A stretch of 64,000 nucleotides of DNA from Tubiluchus corallicola (GCA_030141605.1 JAQGDQ010000476.1:62001-126000), one strand, 5' to 3'. Positions 24,833 to 40,210 are shown, counted from the first letter of the stretch. Program-made: numbers and translations. The notes: a model not told the origin generated them from the letters alone.

Positions 24833-27344
24833 GCCCATACCAGTAGAATTAATATACCAGTATACCAGTAGAATCTAGTATTATGAAATAATTAAATGAA
24901 ACTATTATCTAGTTTCATCTAGTATCCATTAGTTTCATCTATATCTAGTACAAACGTGGTCATTGATAATTAACAATTACATAAATTATATTCGCCTAGT
25001 GCTTATATTTAAACATGCTGCGCAACGGCTTGTGGAGTAGAACCTTTTATGTAATCATTGTACTTGTTTGTTATATAGATTAACTGCCTGTGGTTTGTTA
25101 TAAAATACGCGCTTTGTAATTATAAATATGAAAGGATGCGCATTTTCTGAGAATAACAATTCTTTAATAGTAAGGCCCATAAAAACTGGCGCTCATCAAA
25201 ATTTGACGCCCTAGGCTACAGCGTATTGGTAAATATGCCCCTGGCCACTGTTTAATGTTGTGATTGAAAAACACGCAGTTTTGTTATCATTTTCGTTCTT
25301 CGAGAAGATTATTGCATTAATATTGCGAAAATAACTACAAATATTTGAATGTAGATTCTACAAAAGCGAGAAATCGCACAAGTTTTGAATCATAAAACTT
25401 GTCTTAAAACTAGTAGTGTAATATCACATGATACGTTAACTTGAGAATTGCATGTAAACAGGGCACTATTATTTTCGCGGTATGGGTAAAAGTAGATACA
25501 AATCCAATTTCTCCAGAGAGAGCACACGAATAGGATGGCATAAATCTCGCAGTTATCCGAAAACTAAGAATTCACCAAGCAACAGCGATGAAGGATAATC
25601 ACAAGTAACAGATACAAATACTTTAGGTCTATCGTAATGACGAATCACTGGCGGTCCGGTGGCAGGCGAATGCAGTTTCGACAGCAAATGGATACATAAC
25701 TTGGTCTGGAAAGTTTTTTGGGACATACTTTATAATTGCTATTTCTCCCCCTTGGTGACCTGGTTACAGTCAAGCAACAAAACGACGAAAACTTTGGAAC
25801 ACCTGCACGGGTTACACTTCAATTATTTTATAATAAACACGGTGCTGAAATACCAACAAATCAGTTTTAGCATACACTATAGCACCAAAATGTACATTGC
25901 TCTAATGTTCTTAGGTATTTGGTAGGAGTCACCAAGTAATGTAAGTATTCACTTATTTCTAATTTTCTGTTGGCATCTAATATGAGACTGTGTACAAAAT
26001 TTTGTGATTTTTTGTAGCACTTATGAGTTGTACACTGTTTGTGCAAGATGCATACTACGTAGATCTGTAATATATGTTTTCTTTCAAAGTCGGATAAACT
26101 CTGCAAAAATTTGGGAGTCTTGGGAATTCAAGTCTTTGGATTTCAAAGGATTTCCGAAGATTCATATCGAATTAGAGCAAAATAGTGTGTTAGTTCTGGG
26201 TGTGCGTGAATTAGGATGTATTGGAATTCGCTTGCATCACAAATTATAGCCTATTATTAAAATTGCGAACGCATCAGCTGCAATTTTTGGTATGTTATAA
26301 AAATTGATGTATGATTTTATAATAGTAAATGGACGGGTATATTCCGTTTGAAAAACAAATTAACCGAAACTGTGTAGGTAGTCTTGTCGTGAAAGATCAA
26401 TTCTAAAAGCCGTATAAGGAGAGTAATTTCGACTGGGTTGCATCATGTTATCGTAAATTTCTGCAGCGTTTCTGTGGCCTTTCTGGGCTGAAGGTGCCAT
26501 TTTTTTCCGCTTGGTGAGCGGTTAGCAAAGCTCTGATGTCGTGCTCTTGTCAAACTGGTTTCAGGCACCAGACAGTAAGTCACATTTTTCAGAAGTGCAT
26601 TAAAAATTAAACATTCAGATATACACTCATCAAATTCTTGCTGTAGATCTCAGCTTAGTTTTACAAACTAAATGTTTTTAAATCACGTAATTTAATTTGC
26701 GTGGTGAAGGACACGTGATCCAATATACTGAAAATAAACTTTACTTCTTGTTACCTGCGCTGCATGTCATGATTCCGGTTACGCATATTATGTGCATCTT
26801 TTCATTGACATGAGTATATTTTAAAACAGTCCAATTTCATTATAGTAGTACACTTTTAATGCAAGGCTCATAATTATGCTATTCATACAATCGTTACTAA
26901 AATCAGCTGCTAAGACTATTCCATCTAATAATCAGGGTCTTAATATACCTGTCTTGGCAGAACAAATTCACATTAATCAGTGAGGGTTTCTTTTGAAGGC
27001 TCAAGCCTGTATATAACATTAATTTACGAAATCATAATTATTTTATAGTTAAGATACCTGTTGAGTGTTAAAACATATTTCCTTTTCCTTTTCCTAGAAG
27101 GTATGAGGGAAAATTCTGTATGGTAAAATATAATATATTTATTGGTGTTTTGCTCTGTCCACATTTTAATGGAGAAGCCATTCAAGGTGGATATTTTCGT
27201 TAATGACCCCTAAAATGTATAAAGAAATAAACTAAAATTATTCACTTGTTACCGTTTATTACTTTTAATAGTGTTCAGTTTGTGGTCTCTTAACATAAAT
27301 AAGCTTAATGGTCATTAATTCTTCATAATCTTAACTTGAACTGA

Positions 27345-27450
27345 AACAGAATAACTGAAGCCGAATAACACTGACTGCCAAAGCCGAATAACTGTAGCCG
27401 AAAAAGACAGACTTCCGAAGCCAAATAACTAGAGACGAATAAGACAGACT
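27345..27450 (+). repeat. Degenerate 15-bp tandem repeat
   Basis: Units resembling GAATAACTGAAGCC. Confidence 0.55.
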
Positions 27451-28811
27451 TGGGAGAAAACCCATTTTGAGTCATTCCATGGGGACTTTTGGAATGAAAT
27501 TTGTAGTTACAAGGGGCTGTGTGGTCTAATGGCTGAGGTAAATGGCTCAGATATAGACGTTTAATAATTTTCTTTCGGTGACGCTTGGTTCTAAAAATTC
27601 TGTTTATGCCATCAGTTTTGGTTCATATTATCAGTTTTCCTGAGCATAGTTCAATAAAAGTGGGTAATACAAGACAGAGAGATGCTATTGATTGAGTATG
27701 TATTGAGGTATTGAGTATTACTTGAAGCAATAAAAAAACAAGCAAAATGTCACTGTATTGTTTTGTGTTTCGTTAATTCATTAACAGAATTAACTCGGTT
27801 TCCTGACTTATTAAGCTTTGTATAGACGTTTTGGCATTTTTATTAAACGGCTGACAGTCGAAATTTCACTGAAGTCATTATATCAATATATTACGCCATA
27901 ATATTTACATTAGCCACAGTATAAATTGTAAAAGAGAAAATTCTGACCAGTGCTTTCTTTCACCTCCTTTTTTCCTTCTTTGATAAACTGTTCCATGATA
28001 ATCACCTGAAGCCAATCAACAATGTACGTAATCGCCCAAGAATCTGTAATCGTCATAACATTCATGGAGGTATATGGCTTACAAGTTTACGCTACAAATT
28101 CTCAGAAATTCTACTTGATTCTTATTTTTAACCGTATTCAAACAAACAGCACGATCTAGTTACTCATTTAATGCACTTAGCTTTATCTACGTGATCAATC
28201 TGTGTATTTTTGTAGAAAACCTTTCTCGAGACACTTTCATCTGCGGTATTATTTACATCTTTCAAGGTGAAAATATCGTTACGCATGCAGGGTTTAGTAT
28301 ACAATTAAATAAGCGTGATTGCAGCAGCTAATTGAACACAACTTGATTCGTAAAAATTATTTTAACTCGCCTGCTTTTCATGCTTTTTTCGAAAATTTTA
28401 AGTTCTTCTACAGCACTGACGCTTAATGACGGCTACTGACATGTTCATTTAAAGTAAGGATATCACGAAGCCAAGTTGAACTCGCTTTATTACCGACTTG
28501 CTTCAGATAATTTGGCATAAGTTTTTTAGTGCTGTCGTATCTAGTTAAAGAGCAAGTCACTATTTTTGAATCTTACGGAAAATGTATAGATGAGACGAAG
28601 AACAATCTACACTTTTCCCAACGAACTAGAGGCTCTATGACGTCACTCGAGAAACACCCTTCTCAAGTAATTAAACACATTTTATATGCATGACGATCTT
28701 TCATTGCCTGTCGCAGATACTCTTTTCCTCACAGAGATATACCTGGATATCGCGGGAGGCCCGCCATTGTGAGTCGTCAATTACTCAAAAAACTAAATTA
28801 AATCAGAACAG

Positions 28812-28895
28812 CGAGCATTCGGATTCGAACTCGTAAGCCTGAGATAATGCAGTTACTGGCCCAGCATCTAACGGACTAACCACATTTTTGGGGCT
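28812..28895 (-). mobile_element. tRNA-derived SINE head (degenerate)
   Basis: Minus strand: A-box-like TGGTTAGTCCG, then B-box GTTCGAATCC (28830-28821) at tRNA-like spacing; no closable cloverleaf. Confidence 0.5.
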
Positions 28896-29187
28896 TATAT
28901 AACAGATTTTATTGCTATATTGTAATTGATATTATTATATTATTGGCGTTTGGTATCTCATATCTGTACCCCGCGAGTAAACTGTTCGCGGCTATAAAAA
29001 CTATAAGCCACCATAAACACTAATTAGACTCGTTGAAGCAGAGCATTATGCAAAGCATAACCGGTGCAAGCATAAACCTTCTTTTTTGTTAGGGACTAAG
29101 AGAGGTCACTTATTTATTACATTGTTGCATTGGGCGAGGTAATAACCGAGTGATCACGTAGTCATAATTGAAGTTAGGCAAGGGAGG

Positions 29188-29191
<4 letters not shown>

Positions 29192-29268
<77 letters not shown>
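29192..29268 (+). repeat. (GA)n microsatellite
   Basis: Direct reading. Confidence 0.95.
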
Positions 29269-29272
<4 letters not shown>

Positions 29273-31785
29273 AGAGATTACTTGGGATCTGTAAAATAAC
29301 CAACTAATGATTTAATTATACTAAATAAACAATCCCAACGTCATTATTTATTCACGCTACAAAGCAAACTTGCCAGGTAGATAAACGTTTGCCTACTCAC
29401 CCATGGCTTCCTTGCACGGATTTTTATTGTTTTAGTCTACAGCACACGGTGACATAGCACAATCGTGACATGCACAATCCGGGTTGGAGGAGGAACATTT
29501 TGTACCATCTATAGACAAGAAATGAAAAATGTCATATTTTGTGGACTTTATTGGCTGCCCCATTTCATAGTATTCACTGGTTGTATTAGGTCACTTGTAT
29601 AAATGATTGTCTGCACGCATCTTTCCGGTTATTGGGTTTTTACGTCTGTACAAGTTATTTTCTTCAAATTGTTCTAGAACCGCAGACTTGCGTCATGAGT
29701 CTGCGAGACTGCGAGCGTCTTAAAATCTGGTTTTATGTCGAAAATGGTATTAACCTACGCCGCGACGCTTATTATGGTGGATCTATGAAGTGCCTCAGAC
29801 TACGAGCGTTTTAAAGTCGAAAATACACCAGGGCCCACACTGAGTGTTCAGCCATTTATAGTGGAGCTCTAGGAGGTGTGTCAATGTACAAATATTTAAA
29901 GTTTGGCGTTATTTCGAAAACGGTATCAATCACCGCCCATAATAAGTGCTAAACTGTTTACGGTATGGTTGTTTACGTGTGTCAAACTATGAAACTCTGA
30001 AGGAATTTCCATTCTTCCTTTGACTATATCTAGAATCTCATTGTTAATATCAGTGAGTAGTGTTTATTGCTGCCTAGACTGAACTCTAGTTTGGTTGTTA
30101 ACCTTACACTGGCGAAAGGAAATGGCGCTTCACAGTTAATCAAAGTCGACCGATATTACATTTGTAATCGAAGGAATTGTCAACATTAAAATTGTCCGAG
30201 TTTGTATCAAATGAGATCCGGGTTAACGATGAGGCGGTTACATTAGGGCAAACTATTCATTTCCAAGAAGCCATATATAGTCTATATCCTATTGGGACAT
30301 TTCAATAAACACAAAAAATAGTAAGCAACAAGGAAGCTAAGTGATCTGTTTTAGTACTTGGCAAAATTTTTAACAATATTGTCACGTAAATTTGAATCAC
30401 TGCCAAAACTCTTTCAAAATTTAACGTGCTTTTGACTTTGTTCAATTCGACCACCTCCATGTCATGAGCTGTGTTTGGGGTGGGCTGTCAAATCGGAAAC
30501 CTAATACTGACTGTATAACCATGAACCGTATTTTCGCTTATCATCATCATCATTAAGCAACCATTTTACTCCTCCACTTTGTAAGATTAACCTTAGTTTT
30601 ATGTGGTGCGGTTATATTACTAATCAAGTTCCAAAATTTCGAGAACTTATTTTGTACGATGCTGAATATTAAGTATCAATGTTGAATCCACAATGCACAC
30701 ATTAAAAACACTGCAAAGTGACTACAACTTTCAAACAAAACATGATGGGGGAAAATGATGGGCATATTTGAAAAGATTGTTACATATTTGATTTACTATT
30801 CCAATAAATCTATGCGACGAACGAAACTAAATTATGATATTAATTCATAATTTTCTTTAATTGATATTGGAACAAACAGTTAAGAGATAAATAGAAATTT
30901 CGCTTTTGCGAGAATATTTGCCATTAGTGGATCACTTCATGCGGATTTAGATCGAACCGAATTGGATTGGACTGGATTAAGTTAAACAGGCGTCGAAATG
31001 AGCCTAAGAAATATAGGTTGTGTTTTGGAGGCTTAAAAAACTCAGCGCAACGAATAACCCAGCACCTTCCTTCTAGCAATGAATAAACATTGCACCTGTC
31101 CGGGTCTCTGATTGCACCAAAGTGGCCAAGCTTGGTATACACCAATTTTTCCTGAATTTCAAATTATGTGCATATATGACTTACCAACTAGACAAAATTT
31201 TCTTAGTTGTTACAGCCGGCCCATATAGTGCGAAGTGTGTCGACATTAACTTGTGAGACACAGATCTTTTACGATCTTCGCAAATTTTCAGTAAAGGAAA
31301 ACCGGACCCAATCCTAAAATTTAGGTCAAAACAATTTACTCCTTAAACTATTGAAAGGAACATACTATTTTTTAAATAATGACTTAGTGAAAGAACTGTT
31401 ACCACACAAACGCAATTTGGCGTTCAGGCCACTAGTTCTTCGCTGTTACATGCATTTCGCCATTCGCTAGTTAGATTGGCACTGGCGCCTGCATTTCGGA
31501 AACGCGTTGCATGGAAAACAGGTATAGAACCGCTCAGTTTAGAGCTGTTTGTTTGTGACGTAATACACACGTTCGAGAGCTCATGCGTGAGCACAGTGGT
31601 AAAATTGAAATTTGAATTTTAAACTTAAAATTTGCCGAGTTTTTCTGTATTACACTGAATGTTATACAGTAGCACTGTACTTAAATTTTCGATTTCGCAA
31701 AATCGTTCTACACGCCCAAAGGAATGTTTGTGCTGTTGATAATTATGTTCAGTTGTGTTGTCATCACTAGATAGACTCGCCTACT

Positions 31786-31918
31786 GTTAATGAAGTTTTT
31801 AACCTATTATTTAATTATCAGAAATGCTTTGGCATTATTATATGTGTTAAAATGTATACACTTTACCGTACTTTAAAATGGGGTAGGATATAAAAAATCG
31901 TTCTGTTTTGCTTTAAAC
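31786..31918 (+). repeat. Interspersed repeat, second family (homolog at 51817-51948)
   Basis: GTTAAT.AAGTTTTTAACCTATTAT.TAATTATCAGAAA..CTTTGGCATTAT...CTTTAAA present at both sites. Confidence 0.75.
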
Positions 31919-34900
31919 ATACTTAAACACCATGCAAAACCCATCTTACTTCTTTGTGTGGGCTCAGACAAAATCAGATCAGACCAATTAAAAGGAATCA
32001 TGTTGTCGCCTATCATCTAGTAAATGTTTACTATTGTTATTCGTGACACGGATTGTTTCATGCAAAAGTTGCCGTGTGCAGGCAGATTTTGCTTGATATA
32101 GTTTGTAATAGGTAGTTTGCTTCAGACAGATTTTTTGCCGTGTGCGACAAGCTAAGAAACAACCGCTTTCAAGTGTTTGTAGTTAAGTCTTACGAGTGTC
32201 ATGATTAAATTTGTGTCAAACGTATCAAAACGCGCGGACAGAGAAAAAAACTGTCAAATTACACTAGTCAATTTCTCTCCTCAAAGAATCTCAATCTGTT
32301 TATTCTGTGATTGAATGTGTTTGCCGAATTCATTCGAAAAATTGTTATTTTTAGCGTCAGCTGATGTCACGTGTGTCGGTTGTCATTGGCAACCCACGCC
32401 TGTCGTCCGAGATGGATGGCAAAAAGAGCCGCTATGTTTTAATAGTCCAGTTCAGTGAACTATCAGTTTAATGTAACAAACCATAAACACTTACTGGCTT
32501 ACGTCACTGTCACCAAGGCTACTTTCAAAACTTACACTTTCATAAGCTAGGCTATGCAAGACAACTGTTGCAAAGTTCTAAAATGGCTCACTCTCATTTG
32601 TCAACTACATGTATTTGAGTCTATTTCTTTCATTCCTCGCCGACCTTTTTCACTTATTCAGTATTCAACAGCCCTACCAGGGTAGTCTGATTGACAATAG
32701 GAAAGAGTGTAGGAAAGGTACAAGGCAATTAGTACTCTTTATGAGTATAAAGACTGTTAATACTGACGAAATGGAGGAAAGTGTTCTTGCCTAACTAACG
32801 ATCAGTTTTATAGCTGCTAGCTCGTTAACGTGCCTGTTACTATAAGAACATATTGTATGCCTCTGTTGATATGTAAGTGAAACCGATTTTTTATGTCTTT
32901 GTTGTTTGTCTATACTTTTTCATAAAATTGCTTATTTATTGGAATTTATAACCCTCTTCTTTTTTGGCTATTGATCGTTAGTATATGAATATCGACTCGA
33001 TTTTTGCAGATAGTACTATCAATAAGAAAAATTAGTAGAGTATGTGTTAAATTTGTTATTAATTTTGCAAGGAACAAGTTTATACAACGATTGCATATAC
33101 TCAATAGTAGTTAATTTTCTTGTGTTTTGAAAGTCTGTAGTATCTGTAGAACAGGTCTGCTTGCTGAAGGCCAGTACTACTTGGTTTCATTTCACCTGTA
33201 TACACAAATGTGATAGTTAAATTTTTCTTAAATGAAAAGACTGTACGGGCCAATAATTTACAGGCATACACTGTAACTGAGATTTCAATGGCACGCAGTT
33301 TCTTTTAACATATAATGTATTCAGTACCAAATATTTCTTGCCTTGTGGTGCAGTTGCCCATCGTATTATTTTTTCATTTGTTTTCATTCCTCATAGCAAT
33401 ATCTTAGTTCATTTTGTTATTATATGTTACATACTACTACAAATTGTAATTGTAATTATTTTTTTAGCTAAGTAATTAGTTTTTTTGTGATAGACATAAT
33501 TGACATGTTTTTCCCTTTGTCTAATAATGCATGTAAGATAGAGCCATGTTCTCACATTTCATTATCATCTACGTTTACTATGTAACTCTGCAATGCGTCA
33601 CTTTACTATGGGTGGCCTGTACGTTATGCGCTGGTCTTTTCGCCTTGTACAAGTCTCCCTGGCCAATTTATTGTGTTATATCTTTTTATTATTATATTAA
33701 TTTGTTATGGCTAAAGTAAATGAATAAATATCAAATATCAATATCTGTTTATGTGCATTGTAAATTATCAATTGTGGTAATACAATATACTATTAATTTT
33801 TCTAGTCAATTGTTACTGGTTCGACCGGTCTACATTTTCAAAGTGGGTACAAAAGTTTAACCTCATCGATTAACTTTATGTAGACAACGGTGGTAGTTCT
33901 GTATTATTTTATTGACACAAACGGGTTTCTTAATGGTCTAAGGTTCCACTTTTTTCTTGAGAAAGTTTTCTGCAACGTTATGAAACGCGTCAAGTTCACT
34001 CAAAAGACAACTTCAATCGAATTCTGTCTTTCAGATTTTTTTTAAGACAGAATAAAACTTGACTAACTTGTCTGTGTGCATGTCCACATCTGTACATTAC
34101 AAGAAACTTTATAGTGTATCATTACTTTTGACTCATCCTGTATAGTCCATTATTTATACACAACTGGCAGGAAAGATTACTGGCGAAATTGATTTGTCAG
34201 CTTCTGATATAGCGCCACAAAATGTCCAAAGCGCAAACAGTCACAAAATAGTCATTTGTAATAATTTATGAGAAAAACCATCAACTTTATAATAGGAAAA
34301 ATGCAGATCATTGTCAGCCTGACTGATTACGTCACATAATTTTATCTAGAATTCAAAACTTGATCATTTCCATTAAACGTGGGCCGCTTTTTGCGCTCGT
34401 TACATGCTTAATTTAGTGTCTTTGCTCATAGTTTGCGAAAAACTGATTAGAAGCGTGAAATCTGCTCCTGATGTTATTGGGGAAGAATCACTTCCAGCAT
34501 AAACACCAAGGTTTGTTGTTTGATTTCTGGTGGACAGTTGCTTTATCGGCATGCTTGCTCGATATTTCTTATCATCCGAGCCTTCGTTATTTTATTTATT
34601 TAAGGTTCTTTCAGTGCACGAAAATACTACGTAAAAAATAAAAATTTCACTAAGAACTAAGAAACACTATATAGTACGCACTGTTTAAAGAACTACAGAT
34701 ATGTACAAAATTTTAATAAAAATATATACAAAATTTAAAATTGCAAGGCATCAATTAAAACCTAGTGGTTACTACATCAAAAAATCAGACCGTTTCCTAA
34801 ATATTCTACTATAAAATCGTATGTCAGTTTGATGGCATATATTTCAATTGAATTTGCGGATACTATACGTAGAGCGATACAACAGTACTTTAAATATTTT

Positions 34901-35051
34901 TTATTTTAATTTCTGCACATTAAGTAGGAGACGGCTTGCCGTAAGCATAACATGTAAAAAATTGCGTAGAACAACGCTGTAAATGACGCGGTTCTTAGTT
35001 CAATTGCATACTTTGAAATTAGCCCATAAGTTATTACAATGTTTGACTAAA

Positions 35052-35145
35052 GTTTACAATTCCCCACACAAAAAATATTAGTTCGTGAACCGGATTAAGA
35101 TTAGGGTTGGGTTAGCGTATTTAAATTGTGTGGGGAATTGTAAAC
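35052..35145. mobile_element. Mini inverted-repeat element (94 bp)
   Basis: Perfect 20-bp inverted repeat GTTTACAATTCCCCACACAA (35052-35071 / 35126-35145) enclosing degenerate TTAGGG-like units. Confidence 0.65.
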
Positions 35146-37425
35146 ACCTTCCCAATCTTGTTACAGAAATGAAATTTTCGCATCTTTTGAACAAGTTTTT
35201 TTGGCAAATAATGTACAAAGATCCAGCGATTATCAAACAATTCTAATTACAATTTATGTTTTAATCATCAGAGAGATCATTGCAAAGCACGTGACCGAGG
35301 TAGTTGTGGCATATAAATCTTTTAAAGAGGAGGCAATACTCGCTAGTTTACGCTCTTGCATGGCAATAGATGACACTAGATGATTTTAATTTGCTATTGC
35401 AAATGTGTTCTCAGTGAGCTCGTAGTTGTGATCATAAACAAGACTGTCACAAGTGTGTTATGTGGCAAGAGATAAAAGGCCAATGCAAGAAGTTGTGATT
35501 CACTGATCGGCGTCCATTTGTGTTCGATTCGTCTTGTAGATCTAGATAAAGCGTGTTTTGTACAGTTGAACATCTTTTGAACAGGACGTCCTAGAGATAT
35601 AATCTCTTGTGTAAAAACTGGGGGAATTTTTCAACTGTTTTTATAAACAAAGTGTTTCAAGTAATAGCGTTTCAGCTTCCTTCGTGAATCAATGAGTGAC
35701 CAAGGTAACAGTTATAGCGAAGGTTTCCCGCGTTTACTCTTATGGTAGGTCACTTGTCACGTAACAGATTGCAATAAAGCAATTCAATTTGAAGTTTCAA
35801 TTTGAGCTGCGAGCGTATTATGTCGTAAATCACTTTGAGACTATAAGGCTGATTATTGTGTGAAATAGCGGACGAGTTTAGTATTCCGTCCACTAGCGAG
35901 TCAGTTAATTTGTCCAGTCCCACACGGACAGACGGACGGACGGAGTGACAGAGAGACAGACAGACAGATAGATAGATAAACAAGCAAATAAGCAAACAAG
36001 TCATTATAGATACACGCTGTTGACTGATAAAGTGTAACGGACTATGGCATGTTGGCTTGTTTTTGTGTTCACCTTTCTATGTTTCTTCTGCACACATAGA
36101 ACCTAACTGGTTGTTTCCTTTTTTGTTTTTTATTATTGTATATATTATTGTATATTATTGTATTATTTGCTTGAGTTTTATTAGTTGGTTATGTCATCAG
36201 TCAGTCGGTTGGTGAGTTTGGTGGTTTATTGTTGGGTTGACTTGCTACCTGGATGGTTAGCTGGCTGCCAACTACTGGCAGGACAGCTATTTTTGACAGA
36301 CTGGTAGGTGATAGGTAATTAGTTGGTTATTTCTTGGTTGCTTAGATGACGATTACATAACTGCGTAAATGACGAATTAGTTGGTTCATTTTACCTCAAA
36401 ATGGCTTTTTTTGCTCGGTTTGCCTAGTTCTTTGTTGTTTCTTTGATTTTTTCATTTTACTTGTTACTTTCATTTTTTGCATAAGCTAATAAGCCTTTAG
36501 AAGTTAATACCTTTATAATTCAGGCAATCTAACATCGAGTAATAAACCACAAGCTAAATGATTTGATGCTACTAATAAGATAAAACATACTGCTGCATAA
36601 ACGCATGTACAATTATTGTACATGTGACTGGCGCTTTATAACATTAGCGGAACATCGAATTTCGTTATTATCAAAAGGCACGTTTTTTACTTGCTTTCTG
36701 TAAATACAAATACGCGTGGCTCAATGTTATGAACAATGTTTTGACTTGGTGTCTTCGAATATATAAAATTTAGAGGAATTGCAACGTCGTGTGCCGGAAC
36801 TGTCGCTTACAGTTTGGCTATGCACAACGATAAACATTCACTCACAATTAGCAGAATCTGTGCCGGACAATCTCATTATTGTGTATTAGAAAAAGCATTT
36901 TGACCACAACGTTGTGCTAATGTCGTAACAACAACACCTAATTAGCCCTCTAATGCTTTTACGCTGGTTTATATGAATATTTGCTAAGCAATTTGCTTTT
37001 ACTGTTCCCGCGCGGTAATGGTTAAATGTAACAGTCACAGTGAATAGCATCTAAGAATGACCCCGCGTATTAGAGGACGCATTTCTGTCTGGAAGATAAT
37101 AATATAACACTACATGGACAAAAACACGCAAACTTTCACATGCTGATGTTGTGTGCACACATCATAATTTGCACGCAGCACGCACCTTACAAGCTCATAA
37201 TGCGCGAGCACCGGGCGAAAAACATCAGAAATGCTCGTTTGTCTACCTAGTGTTTCAGTTTTTGCCTAGCTTGATAATATGTCCATAATTTCGTGAATTT
37301 CTTTTGGATTTCAGCAATGAATGCTATTAATAATACAGATCATGTTTCTAATAATACTGTTGAATTCTGCAGCTCGATACAATTTTTTTGCACAATTCAC
37401 TTTCATTTGCAATCAGACATCAAGT

Positions 37426-38155
37426 CTTCTTCTTCTTCCCAGCTTTTCCCTATGCGGGGTCGCCGTTGTGAATAAGTCTTCTCCATGGATTCCTGTTGTT
37501 GACCATCTCTTCATTTATGTTCTTTTCTCTAAGGTCTCCGTTTATGCATTCAAACCATCTCAGCTTGGGTCGTCCTCTTCTTCTATTTCCCAGGACTTCC
37601 ATTTCCATGACCTCCCTTCCCACGTGACCTTCCCCGACTCTTCTTTTCAGGTGCCCATACCATCGCAATTTTGCCTCTTGTATCTTTTTCGAGGCTTCCA
37701 CTACTTTCACTGTTCCTCTAATATTACTATTCCTGATTTTATCCCTTCTTGTTACTCCCACCATCCATCTCAACATCCTCATCTCCGCCACATCCATTTT
37801 CTTCGGTCTTCTTTAGAGGTGCTGCTTCCAGCCCATAGATTAGGGCGGGTCTGACCACTGCTTTGTGAACTTTACCTTTAAGTCTCGCTAGAATCCTCTT
37901 ATCGCATATCACACCCGAAACTTTTCGCCAGTTATTCCAACCACACTGAATCCTGTAATTCACCTCCTTTTCCATTCCTGCAGTCTCGTTTATCATCTGT
38001 CGTAAGATACTCCGTTTTGGATCTACTAATCCTCATTCCTCTGCTCTCCAAAGCGGCTCTCCATGCTTCTAATTTTCCTTCCAGTGTTTCTCTACTGTCA
38101 GCCACTATAGCGATGTCATCCGCATACAAAACACACCATGGTGGATTTCCCATGA
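37426..38155 (-). mobile_element. 5'-truncated RTE-clade LINE fragment with 18-bp target-site duplication
   Basis: RT C-terminus in broken frames: PPWCVLYADDI, RISRSKTEY, EVNYRIQCGWNNWRKVSGVICD, AEMRMLRWMVGVTRRDKIRN, LRWYGH, RRRGRPK.RW; 3' (GAA)n tail; TGCAATCAGACATCAAGT at both 37408-37425 and 38156-38173. Confidence 0.93.
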
Positions 38156-38990
38156 TGCAATCAGACATCAAGTAACTAGTTTAAATTGCAGACAAAGAGA
38201 GAAATTCATATTGGGGCATTTTAACAAGACATTGTCACTTGTCTGTATAATAAGCGCATTACTGCCTGAAGTTACTATTTGAGCATATCCTCGATGCCAA
38301 CTTGGACGTAGTTTCTTCCCCGGCATGGGAAACATAATTTTGGTAAAAATTAAAAAAATCTGCTTTATATGTGTACTTTATACTGTCCATTTTATCCACC
38401 TGTGTCGTCTACCAAACTTTACAAAACCAGTTGTTTTGCGTAAAGTTTTTAATTTTACTTGTCGTGGCATTACTTGCTCTTGGCGGAGGTTTATACTCGT
38501 AAGTGCTCGTAATGAATTTTTGCAGGCTTTTTGTCAGAAACCCATACGTTAATGAACGGTGACTGCTCATGCGCGTTGAAGAGTAGGTGAAGCAGACCGT
38601 TTCTGTGGATTAGTTGGTTCTGAAATCGAAATCTTTTAGAAATATTTTGTCGAAGTTTTCTAAAAACGCAATTTTGTAATCCAACAAATAGTCTGTTTTT
38701 ATCCACTGTACAGCTTGCGTTGTAGTTCTGTAGTCTAGAATCTTGGTTTAGTTTAAGTGTACTTATTATTTTTTAAATTTATTTCGTACATTTAAAAGTA
38801 CATAGCATGAACGTATGATTTTGTGAACACTAGATATTAACACTACCCACAATAATGTACCTAGGCGGTGCTTTGTCAGTTTTTTGCACCTTTCAACTGT
38901 TTCGTGGTATTGAAATATTTTCACCTTATTTTTCAGACTTAGCTGAAAAAGCTCATGTTTTTCGCAGAGCGATCAATTACAGCACAGAAG

Positions 38991-40063
38991 ATGGACATTA
39001 GGACGCCTATAACAATTGGTCTTATGGTGCTTTTAGTAATTCTTGACAGTTCGTGGGCTAAAGCAGTTTGGGAACAGCCTGGGTGTCATAAAGTTGGTAC
39101 GTGAAAGAAACTTTCATTCAATTTATTTTATTCGATAAAACTGTTAGACAACATTCTCCGTTTTCTTGCTCGTAATTTTCAACTTATATTTGTGTAGTTC
39201 TATCTTCTCATAATGCAGTTCAGCGATGACTAAAATTTGTATTTCTGAAACATAGTTCTTTCAAGTTATAGTCTATGTTGTTTCAATGTTTCTTATTACG
39301 TGTGAGGTAATCAATCTACTCCCTGACTACTACTGCGAACTAATTACTTGCCATATAAAAGAAATTTCCACATAAAATTGGTTATTGTACTGCGGGATCG
39401 CTATTCTCTCTTACTCCTGTGATTTAAAAAAATGATCGTTTTTGTCTTTGGTATTCAGAAAATGAAAAAGTTGAAAATGTTTTCCTTAACACACATTTTC
39501 CCCTTTTAGGATGATATATATTCATTCTATTTTCCAATATACTTTTTGGTGCCACGGGGAGGGGTTTTTAACAACTCCGAGGTAACAGTTTTGCGAAAAA
39601 AAAGAAGGAGAAAAACAAGCCCAGGATATAATTTGTTTAGTAATTCCAGTTTTCCAAAATATCAATAAAGCCAAGTGAACATGTGTCCAAATTGAGAGCG
39701 GTTTGCTCAGTTCTTGTAGTTGCCATCACTATATGTTTCAATTTAGAGTCTTCGATTTGTACCTATTAAATTGTTGTTTACAAACACGTTGCACTTTCAC
39801 AGACCATCAATTCACTAAAACACCAATGTAATATGTTATGTTTATTAAATAAACAAATCGGTTCTTTTGATCTATGTAGCCGAAGTTTGTGTTTTTAACA
39901 AAATGTTTGCAGGTATTTTTCGTTTTGATTAAAATACAAATAACAAGAATCTTATCAGTCATTCTACTGTTAACTTCGGTGAACATAATTCAAATTAAAC
40001 AGTGCAATATTTTACGAAGCTAACATATTTTGTTAGACGTGAAAGCAAATGTACTATAACACG

Positions 40064-40146
<83 letters not shown>

Positions 40147-40210
40147 ATCTACAGCTGTTTTAACGTTATATTACAATGAAGTGGACAAAATGAGCAAAAG
40201 GAAAAGAAAT

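Noticed and set aside
28812-28895. Functional tRNA gene
   Set aside because: A/B-box-like motifs present but acceptor and anticodon stems do not close; treated as a SINE head. Weaker similar remnants at about 20130-20190 and 27515-27555.
35095-35115. Interstitial telomere or telomerase RNA template (TTAGGG-like)
   Set aside because: Only 2-3 degenerate units, enclosed in a small inverted-repeat element.
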